Assembly: GCA_013265495.1 (NCBI GenBank)
Contig: MU058844.1
Coordinates: forward strand, 11,368,184 to 11,432,183
DNA length: 64,000 bases
Origin: Vicugna vicugna
Lineage: Eukaryota
Reading direction: 5' to 3'
Shown: piece after piece, positions 1 through 10,600 of the stretch
Layout of the letters: each line of letters opens with the position of its first letter
How positions within the stretch are numbered: position 1 is the first letter of the stretch
Notes under the pieces: model-generated
The model's database searches: none
Seen by the model: only the letters and a program-made list of their open reading frames with translations
Told to the model about the DNA's origin: nothing
Translations under genes and position numbers: made by a program

Positions 1-123
1 TTCAACCCACATAGCTGGAATGTGAACCCAGGCCCCCTAACTTTAAATCCTATTGTATCACAATGTCACCTCTGTGTGCCAGTTTCATTTGGGTTGAATT
101 TCTTTTGTGTTAATTGCCTTTAG

Positions 124-207
124 TGAAGGACATTCAATTTTTTTTTAATGTCGGTAAAGACCATGTTCCTTGTAAGCGATGGAAATACCAGCAATCCGGT
201 ATAACAG
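124..207 (+). CDS. Candidate internal coding exon (84 bp, phase 1-1) of an unidentified gene
   Basis: Acceptor ttcttttgtgttaattgcctttag, perfect donor CAG|gtaagt, open frame xKDIQFFFNVGKDHVPCKRWKYQQSGIT, 3 CpGs in AT-rich surroundings. No homology recognised. Confidence 0.4.
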
Positions 208-2555
208 GTAAGTTTATTTTCCAATAATTCAAAATCATTAATTTTGTTTTTATAATGTTAATTAATCCAGCCTCTCAAAACAAGAAGATCACTCAGCCTT
301 CTGGGTTGTAATCTGTGCCTTAAAATTGAATTGGAAACTGTATTATTCACTATTTTAGAACGCCCAATATATATAGGACAGAAACACCTCAATTATCTAA
401 GCAGAACCCAGTAACTCTCAGCATGATGACTGCTACATTTATCGGTACGAGGTTACAACTGACTCATTTCAATTTCTGTTATTTTCTACATTGTTGTGTA
501 ATAAGAACTGATATTTAGGATGAGAGAACTGAAGATTTTCTAACATCAAATAGCCAATTATAACTAGCAAGCTTTATTTACAAGTCAAAACAAAATGGAG
601 ACATGTTTTTATTAAATTTTTGACCAAAAACATTGCAATTAACAGCACTTCATATTGCTATAATATGGCATTTACCATTTTCTACTTTCACTATAGTTTT
701 GTATGTACATGTTTTAACCTCTACTTATTTGTAAATTCTTGAGATTAAGATTAATGTCTAATTCATCTTTGCAACCTCACTTTGTCCTCCTTGTAGGTTT
801 CCAATCAATATTTAATTCATGGATAAATTAATTATAAGCCAAATAGTTTCTATGGATCACTCAGATATTACAAATGTGAATTAAATCAAAATAATCCACT
901 AAGTAATGATTTTCTATCAAAGAAAACTTGTACATCAAAATAAGAGTATTTATACCTCAGACAGATAGTAAACAAATGAACTACTACCATATGGCAGAGT
1001 CCTTTCATCCGGGTTAAACAGATTTTGTATATTAATTTATACATGGTGTTTATCAAATTTTCATTGCATAAGAAAGTTTTCTTCTGTAAAAATTTCTGCA
1101 TTTGGTCTGTGGTTTAGGAAACCAAAGTCCATTAGTCTAGCTTATTTATACCATCACCTTGGCACAGAGAACTCCCCTGGGATATTTGGGAAGCAAACGT
1201 CCTCTCCTGCTGTTTCAATTAGCACCCTAGAACGCTCATTACCTTTAGTAGAAACTATCTTTGAAACCGTAGCACCTTTCAGCTTGAAATATGTTTTCTG
1301 ACAGGTTCAGAGGCAAAAGGTTTAGGATTTTTATTAGGGGATTTACATGGGGTTGAAAATTTTAACTGGAGGAAGACATTGGCCAAAACATTCAGAGAAA
1401 GTGATCACCAATCCCTCCTGCTGCTTAGCAAAATAACCAAGTCCAGTCTTAGAGCACAGGGGGGTTAGAATGCTAGGAACACACCTGGCCAGCGTTACAA
1501 ATGAGAAAGCCTTGGAATCCTAAGTCAAGTCCCTCATCAGCTAGGGTTACAGCACCTACTTCCTCACTTTGTCTACCTTTTGAGTTGAGACAGTACAAAC
1601 ATTTCTTTTATCTTTCCCCACTTGATTATGTGGCTCCAGCCGCCAGTCAACACGGTTTACTGAGACTCTTTTCTATGGGGAAGCTGTGCTATCGTGCTGT
1701 GGATCAGCACACAAGAGAGAAGGAAATTATCCCTGCCTTTGAACATTTCCAAATATGAAGAACCTAGGGAAGAAGTTAATTCCAACGTCGCCCATTCTTT
1801 TATCGGTCTGTAAGGAGAAAGAGACAGAAATTAACAGAAACAAGCGCTGCCAAGGCCATTTCCTTCTCCTGATTTGGGTATACTGTCATGAGAAAGACAC
1901 ATGGGATACAATCAGAATCCTCAGGCTCACATAAATTGGCCTTATTTTTAGGGAAGTACCCCACATGAATCTGAAAACACACGCCATTTACTGAAAGGTG
2001 ACCTTATTAAGGAAATTAGCAACTACATGCTGTAAAGGCATGAAATGTATGATAAAACGGTTCTAAAAATATCTTAGTGCAGCTTTCACATTTTCAGGCA
2101 GAGGCTACGTGATCAACACAGGTGAAATCAAGCTGTATCAAGGTTTATTTAAAAATCTCATTTCTTTTAAACAAACCATTGTTTTGATATAAAGATTTGT
2201 AGGAATTCTTACCAAGGTGTTTTATTTCCCACCAAAAGGTTGTTGGGGAACATTTTGTGGGAGGGGGGTGTATCTCTGTTTGCTTTTCTGTTTCCTACAG
2301 TCTCATCTGTTGTTGCAAGTGAAGTGTTTTGATAAACAGATAAAGACAATGTGCAGCAACTCACTGGAAGAGGGAAGCCAATTTCCAGAACCATTTTATG
2401 ATAACTTCAATCTCTCCAGTATCTATTCCCTTGCAATGTTCCTTATGATCGATAAATAAGTTTCTCACTGTTCCGAAGATTGATTGGTTTCATCACAGGC
2501 AAGAAATTTTTTCTACCATAGTTCACTGAGTGCTATCCCCAGCACAACTTTTGCT

Positions 2556-2606
2556 GTCTCTCTTTCTCTTTCTCTCTTTCTCTCTCTCTCACTCTCTCTC
2601 TCTCCC
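2556..2606. repeat. (TC)n/CT-rich microsatellite
   Basis: tctctctttctctttctctctttctctctctctcactctctctctc visible directly. Confidence 0.9.
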
Positions 2607-3290
2607 TAGTCCCTCTTCAAGAGAGATGTTAGGTAAAAGGAGAACATATACTAAATGTGATTAAGAACCATGATGGGTAGTTCTTTGCCAAATGTTGACT
2701 TCTGGAAAGTAGGGATCTACTTAAAGTTGAGTTTCCAGCTACAAAGAGCAAAGACGTTCTATGGAAGTGAAAAGTCAACACCTAAGTGTCAAGTAATCAA
2801 TCAGTGCACACTGTTAACACTGATTATTAACAGGTTATACTTTCACAGACCTCTGTTTTACTGGGGAGAAAATTATTGAACTACTGTTCTTTCTATGTGG
2901 AATTACGAGGGGCTAGAACTGCAATGACTTCCCACTGGCAAGATATTTCTTCTTAATATTCTGCAATACAGCTCCCTGGGACATTTTCTCTTGAAATATT
3001 CAGCTACTGCAAACAAAGAGAGCTGGGAATCAGAGCAGATCAGGGAGCTGTACTTTGTGTGGAAGGGAGTGGGTGGTAATTTGATTAGGCAGTCAGGACA
3101 GCCAGTTCTGAAACAAAAGCTATTTCACAAAAGAAATCACTTTAATGGCCAAAAGTAAAAAAGAGGAAAACATTATAGGTTCTATAGTGATATTAATGCA
3201 AGTTTTATTACTTTGAAACCAAGGTTAACTGCCTTTATAAAACATCCTATAATGTCTTTTAAAAGACACACAAATTTGAATTATTTTAAG

Positions 3291-3424
3291 ACACGTTATG
3301 CAAGCGTAGGCTCAGACGCTGGCTTAGTGCTACACGAGGTTCATCAGATTTTCTTGTGAAAGAAAGAGAAGTACCTTCTCTCTTGAATTTGAGTTTCCGG
3401 ATCATTCATGCCAAGGATCTTACT
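3291..3424 (+). CDS. Candidate internal coding exon (134 bp, phase 1-0)
   Basis: Weak acceptor ttattttaag, donor ACT|gtaagt, 44 open codons (TLCKRRLRRWLSATRGSSDFLVKEREVPSLLNLSFRIIHAKDLT), 5 CpGs. Phase-compatible with 124-207 and 5836-6078. Confidence 0.35.
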
Positions 3425-3449
3425 GTAAGTTCTTCTTCTGGGTTTTAGG

Positions 3450-3920
3450 CACATACAAAGTTGAGGAAAACGTGGGCTATTATCCAAGGAGTATACAGCC
3501 TAAGAGGAAAGTTGTAAGATACACACATAGCCCTTTTGTTACATAAAATATAAAAAAATCATTAGAAAGGTTACAACATACTATGAAATTGAGAGGAGTT
3601 TACAAAAAAAATTCTTCCTGGAGAATTAGCAAAGGTTTCATTGAGGTAGAAGTTCTTGAAATGGGCCTTAACGTTTGGGAAAAAAATGAGATGAGATGGC
3701 ATTGGTGGGAAGGACTTTGCACAGAGTGAGTAACACTAACAAGAGCCCAGAGAGGTGAGAATGTGGACAGTCCCTGAGAGTGAATAATGCAACCTGACTA
3801 AAGAACAGAGTACGGGAAAAGGATGACAGAAGAGGCAGCTTGATCAAATTCACCCACATTCTTGAACGCCAAGCCCAAAATTCAGACTTAATTCCTCAAG
3901 CAATGAATGAGGATGAGAAC
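3450..3920. mobile_element. L2 (LINE2) fragment, degraded
   Basis: Purine-rich L2-like text (gaggtagaagttcttgaaatgggcc...agacttaattcctcaagcaatg). Boundaries approximate. Confidence 0.55.
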
Positions 3921-4659
3921 TACCATATACTGCATGCATTTTATCCCTTTCAAAACCAGTTCTTATGCCATATCATTGAATTTCCCCACTGGCCCATAAC
4001 GTAGACAACTTATATACAGGAATCTATAAATGGGATTTAAGCAATTGTTCCAAAGCTCCTTCCTCTATGTAACTTCTTTGCGGTCATGAACAACTTTGAA
4101 AATTTCATCAAAGTTACAAACTTCTTCCCAGAAAGATGCAATGCATATACATACATACACACACACATTTTTCTTATACTTTCATGGTTTTCACTCATTC
4201 TCATTTTTATTCCTTGTCAGAAACTCCTGCATCATCCAAAGATATTACCCAGTGAAGGAATACGTTCCCTTCTAATTCTACGATCCAGTAATACTGCAAC
4301 ATGAGAAGATAGCAGAGAATGTGAAAGAAGTAACTTACTGAATAAGGTCATTATCTTTTCTTATTCTATAAATATGAAAGGGGTATGTACATAAAATGGT
4401 TAACTCAAACAATATAATAATTTCACCCCAAATTCAGAAATGTTCCTTTTATAAAATAAAAACCACAGATTGATCTAAATCCATACCACCCAACAAATCA
4501 CTTAAGTCCTTTGAATCTTTCACTAGCTTTTGTTCCACTGGTCTTCATATTTTATCTAAAGCGCTCTTGTTTTACCCTTACCCATATCTTCCAATTCAAG
4601 TATCAACATTTTCATCAGTTAAGAATTCTCATGCTTCAGCTTCTTAGAGGACAAGGCCT

Positions 4660-4830
4660 TAGGGACAAAATATGTAGATCTGAGTCCCAAATCTATGCTT
4701 ACCAACCATGTGAACCTGGATAAACTATACCTCCATTAAGTCCATAAAAATCTCTCAGATTCTTCTTCTTTAAAATGGGGTAATAATTATCCTCTTTCTT
4801 TAAAGGCTTTTACATCTAAAACATATCTAA
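4660..4830 (+). mobile_element. MIR SINE fragment
   Basis: gatctgagtcccaaatctatgcttaccaaccatgtgaacctgg...tttaaaatggggtaataat resembles the MIR core. Confidence 0.65.
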
Positions 4831-5835
4831 ATGAAAGAAACAGTATTCACTATATGATTCATTAACCATTTTAAAGTACCTAATTGTCTTAACAGCATTA
4901 AATTTGGGAAGCAAAGAAGTAATTTTAAAAACAAAAAGAGCTGAAAATAAGAACAAGCTCACAGTATCATCAAAGAGAAAGACACGTAAACAATGAACAG
5001 TACAGGTTATGTACTAAAGGCACATATAAAATGCTGGGAGGCCACAGAGTCAGACGAAGAAACGAAGACTGAGAGGCGGGGAGGGGGCCAGTGAAGAGGA
5101 GTGTTCCAGGGGGGGTTTTCTAGCAAATAATAGCAAAGCTTGTTACCGAAGTGATTCCCAGTGTCACACAGGAAATTCCCAGTCTCATATAACACGATAT
5201 ACATGGAGCAGCACTGATGCTTCAGAATAAAAATACCATGTAGGCAAAAGAGAAATGCCATATCTTGGCTTAAATGCTGCTTACTAGTCCATATATACCT
5301 TTGTGAAAGTTCACTATCTTTTCAGTTATATGAAGAAATATTTGCACGTGTTTCAAATCAGGTATCAGAAAAAAAAAAAAACAGACCATGGAAATGATGT
5401 TTATAAAGCAACCAATGTGAGTTCAGTTTTTTGCAGGAATTTGAAATTCCATTATTCCTAATGTAAGAGAACAGTCAACAGTCCTCAGTAACCATCAACC
5501 CATATAATTAATTTCTTCTTCTTGATTAAAAACAGAATTTTTCAGAGATTTTGTTCTTTTTTTTTATTATCTTTGGGAACATATTTCTTTCTCCATTCTT
5601 TACCATGAAGTTGCATTATTTTAGTACATTCATCAAGAAAATGTATATACTCTTTATCAGCAATATGAGGTAAATGACTATATTCTCACATCTGGACATC
5701 TCTATGGGGTAGAAAGCATATGGATCTCCATAAACTAGTATCTTTGCTGGAAATAATTTCCTGAATCAAAATATTTCCGTCAGTTTCTACAGACAGGTGT
5801 AGAGTTGACTAACATACAATTCTGTACTCCCCCAG

Positions 5836-6078
5836 GGCGTGCTGTTGTGGACAGGGTTACAGTGCACAAGCACGCAGGCTGAGCGCTGCCAGCTCCAGGA
5901 AGGCACTGTTTGCTTGGATCATGACACAAACGCTGTCTACTGGAACTACACAGAGCGGATACTTCTGCACAGGCATGACGTGGGACACCAAACACATTAT
6001 GTATCACCACTTAGTTGGAAAATTTTTCTGACCTATATGGTAACCAACTCTAAACCATACAGATGCCATTACTTCTAA
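5836..6078 (+). CDS. Candidate terminal coding exon (phase 0 start, TAA at 6076-6078)
   Basis: Branch-like ctaac plus ttctgtactcccccag acceptor. Same frame as track ORF 5839..6078 (GVLLWTGLQC...CHYF*). 6 CpGs in first ~165 bp. AATAAA downstream near 6369 and 6469. Confidence 0.35.
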   Translation, partial: GVLLWTGLQCTSTQAERCQLQEGTVCLDHDTNAVYWNYTERILLHRHDVGHQTHYVSPLSWKIFLTYMVTNSKPYRCHYF

Positions 6079-7399
6079 ATATGTATTCTGACCAAGCATA
6101 GGTGACTCTCCCTCCAGTGACATTCCTGGTCCTCACAGCTTCTTTTCCTACTCTGTCAGGCATCAAGATAGTCTGGCTAAAATTTTTTTAATTTTTAATC
6201 TGTGCTAGTCACCATGTTAAGCATTCTGTTACCTTTTATTTTCTCCCATTTTACAGATGAAAAATGCAAGGTTGAAAGAAATTAAGAGATTTTCCCAAAG
6301 TCATGTATCTGGATAAAGAACAGTCCTGGAATGAAGGATACACTACATACCCATTGTTTAATCCAGGAAATAAACCTAGGGATGCCTAAAAGCAGGAGAC
6401 TGAGGCAAACATAAGGGATCTAACCCAAGCTCTACATATTTCTGTGGGAGCCCAAGCAGTCCAAGATTAATAAATAAATCAGTAGAAATAAGACCCTCAA
6501 TCCAGTAAGAAGCTTGTACACAACAGTTTATCCAGCAGAGAAAGCTAATGTATCTTAACTAGTTGGAAGTAAAGATTAGATGGTAAAGTTCTCTTATTCC
6601 TGACTGGTCAGCTTAAACAGTTAGTACAACATCAAGGGTCCAGCCAGTTCAGAGAAGCATCAAATCTCATTCACCTTAAAATTTTACTCTTTAAGTACTC
6701 ACTTGAGAAGTGACATCATCACTATGATAATCAAACAAGTACTCTAACCATCAGTTACCTGCTCAAATTGAATGGGTTTTCTCAATGCACAATTTCTATC
6801 AATGTCACAGAAAGTAGGATTTTGCATCCCAAAGTTTTCAGACAGCATATAGTTTTTCCACATTGCGTGAAGGACTTCTAGCCTAGGACCTCTTTGTTTA
6901 CAGACCTGGCCATGACCTGCTAAAAGTGTCTTCTAGCTTTAAACCTAGGATTAGTGGTACAAGTCAGAATATTCATAGAATATTACTTGTTTAATGAAAT
7001 GAAATGAAAGAAAGAATGAGTGAGGTCAGAGTCAACATACATAGGTTATCACCTATTATTGCATGCCTTAAAGTCAACAATCACATCTTTCTTTACTCTG
7101 TGTCTCCTAAGCCTAAAAATGTGACGTCACACAGTGGGTGCTCAATGAGTATCTATGGGAGTTGTCTTTAGCCTATTATTCACACACCATCACTTCCTTT
7201 ATACTTCACAGCAAAACTCTGAGATACACTATTACCATTTCCATATTTACAATGAGGCGGTTATCCTTTTCCCAAGAGCCAACTAGTAAAAATGACTGAG
7301 CTGAAATTCAAAACCAAAACTTCTTGCACTAAATCTAGTTTTGAAAGTGACATGAGTGAACTTAATGATTCAAAAATTCATAACCAGTGCCTAGGGAGT

Positions 7400-7646
7400 T
7401 AACATTTATCTAGTACCTTTCACAATGTGAAAAACTCACTAGGCACTGTCAATATTCACTTAATCCTCATAATAATCTTGAGATGTAGGTATTATTATTT
7501 CAATTAGAGAGACATAAAAAGGAAACTTCAAAAATGCTGAAAAATACACCCAAGGTCACACAACTAGAAAATAGTGACTTATGTAGTACATACATGTGCT
7601 TTATATGTAGTGACTTCTCAAAGAGCCATGGAAGGACTTGAATCTC
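7400..7646 (-). mobile_element. MIR SINE, apparently interrupted by the L1 at 7661
   Basis: cacttaatcctcataataatcttgagatgtaggtattatt...cccaaggtcacacaactag...ggacttgaatctc is reverse-strand MIR-like. Confidence 0.65.
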
Positions 7647-7660
7647 AAAAATTAGGCAGT

Positions 7661-10600
7661 CAGAGGAAGAGATCAAGACGGCAAAGCAGGAGGATGCTGA
7701 GCTCACTTCCCACCATAAAGATTTCAAAAAATACATTTACACATGGAGCAATTCTCAATGAAAACAGACTGGAGACCAGCAGAAAGACTCTTACAAAAAC
7801 AAGACTGTAAAGAAAGATCCACAAGGAGCCAGATAGGAGGGGAAGAGAACTGATTGAGTTGAATCCTGTGCCCCTAGGAAAAGACACAGAAGAGGAGGGG
7901 GCTCACACAGGCTCGGACATCCTGCATGGGGAGTGAGTAGTACAAACAACATATTGAGAACCCCAGCCCTGGGATGTGACACCAGGAAGATGAGTCCCAT
8001 TAGTGGGTGTGAAAACCAATGGGACTTACCAGAGGGCTGTAAGAAACCTAAACTCGGCCTGTGAACAGCATGCACACACTTGCTTACTCCCAAAACAAGT
8101 CTGGGAAAGCAAACTGAAACAGCCCAGGACCCTGGTCAATTGCCCACAACTGCCTGTGTGTGCCCCAGCCCGTGCTAAGCACCTGCTCCAGCCTCTACTG
8201 CTCCAGGGTTGCTCTGCTCTGGAGCAAAGATGCCACTGCAGGGAGGCAGGAGATCACACACTTAGAAGGAATGGAACCAGCTCAGACCTGACCCTAAGGG
8301 CTTCTGCTCCAGCACCTTGGGACTTGACGCCACTGCTGACAGAGCTGTGACAGCCACTGAGCACAAAGGAAGCCCCAGCTCACACCTGGCTTTGACTCTA
8401 GCCACTCCCATATCCAGCCCCACATCCCACCAAGGTGATGGATGCCAGTACATGATGGGGAAGATGTGACACATGCTCACCTCAGATTCAGCTGTCCCAC
8501 CAAAGCCACTGGACACATGTACGCTTCGCAGGGATGCTCTCACATAAAGATACTCCTTCAGACCAGGATAGGTAACTGTTTCACATAATTTCGTAGAGAA
8601 AAAAAAGACAGTTAAGCAAAATGAGAAGACAGAGAAATTTGTTCCAAATGAAAGAATAAGGAAAAAACAAGGATAAAGAAAGAATAAGGAAAAAACAACT
8701 AATGAAACAGCACACTAGGTGATACAGAACACGTAAGTGATCTGCAAGACAGAATAATGGAAATCACTCAATCAGAACAGCAAAAAGCAAACCTAATTTT
8801 TTTTAAATGAAAACATTTTAAGGAACCTTTGGGACAACATCAAGTATACATTTTTATTATAGGGGTTCCAAAAGGAAGAGAGAGAGAAAGGGGGTAAAAA
8901 AATGTATTTAATGAAATTAAAGCTGAAAATTTCCTGATTCTGAAGGAGAAAACAAGATATCCAAGTACAAGAAGCACTGACAGTCCCAAACAGAATGAAC
9001 CCAAAGAGATCCAGACCAAAACATACCAAATTAAAATGGCAAAAATTAAAGACAAAGAATTCTAAAGGCAGCAAAACAAAAACAAAGAGTCACATATGTA
9101 AGAACCCCCATAAGGCTATTAGCTGATTTTTCTGCAGAAACTTTTTAGGCTTGAAGGGAGCAGCAGGATATACTTAAACTGCAGAAAGTAAAAAATCTAC
9201 AACATAGGATACACTACCCAGCAAGATTATCATTTGGAATTGAAGGAGAAATAAAGAATTTCTTAGCCAAACAAAAAACTAAGAGTTCATCAAAACTAAA
9301 CCAATCCTAAAAGAAATGTTAATGGGTCTTCTCTAAGTAGGAAAAGAAAAATCCCATTAGTAAAGGCAAATATAGTTAAGACTTCGAATCAATCACTTAA
9401 GCTAGTACAAAGATTAAAATACAAAAATTGAAAAATCAACCACAATTATAATAAATGAGGAGGTAAATTATATCAAAAACACAAAATATTAGGGAGGGAC
9501 ATAAAAATGTAAATCTTTTAGAATGTGTTTGAACTTAAATGACAATCAGTTTAAAACAAGTAGATATAGTTATAATGGTAATCACAAATCAAAAACCTAC
9601 AATAGATACACAAGAAATAGTGAGAAAGGAACACAAGCATACTACAAAAGTAAACCATCAAACCACAAGAGAAGAAATAAAAGAAGGAAAGAACAGAGAA
9701 TTGCAAAAAATAAGTAACAAAATGGCAATAAGTACATACCTACCAGTAATCACTTCAAGTATCAATGGGCTAAATGCTCTAATCAAAAGACACAGAGTGA
9801 CTGATTGGATGAAAAAGAAGGTCCCCATCTATATGTTGCTTACAAGACTCACTTCAGAGCTAAAGACACACACTAACAAACAAGAGAGGATGGAAAAAGA
9901 TATTTCATGCAAATGACAAGAAAGCTGGGGTAGCAATACTCATATCAGACAAAGTAAACTAAAACAAAAGTTTGTAAAAATACAAAGGGTATTATTTAAT
10001 GAGAAAGGGAACAACAATATAATAATATTTTTATTTGCATATTAACATTAACATATATGCACATAATATAGGAGCACCTAAACATATAAAGCAAATAATA
10101 ACAGGCATTAAGGGAGAAATCAATAATAATACAGTATTAGTAATGAAATTTGACACTCCACTTACATCAATGGACAGATCATTCAGACAGAAAATCAAAT
10201 GGAAAACAGTGGTCTTAAATGACACAGTAGACCAACTGGAGTTAATAGCTATTTACAAGACATTCCATCCAAAAACAGCAGAATACACTTTCAAGTGCAC
10301 ATGGAAATGTTCTCCAGGATAGATTACATGCCAGGCCACAAAACAAGTCTTGACAAATTTAAGAGCATAGAAATTATATCAAGTAATTTTCTGATCATAA
10401 CAGTATAAAGTCAATTATAGGAAGAAAATGGGAAAAACACAAACATGTGGAAACTAAACAACATAGTATTAAAAACCAATGAGCCAATGATGAAATCAAA
10501 GAGGAAGTCAGAAAACACCTCAACAGATGAAAATAAAAACACAACTTTCTAAAATCTATGAGACACAACAAAAGGAGTTCCAAGAGGGACGTTTATAGTG

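Noticed and set aside
70..500. Minus-strand frame with HAE (deaminase-like) and RHRLQPRRLSDLLVLRGW (hAT dimerisation-like) motifs
   Set aside because: Five stops, no PCxxC in frame and no other transposase motifs. The resemblance is too short to support without an HMM search.
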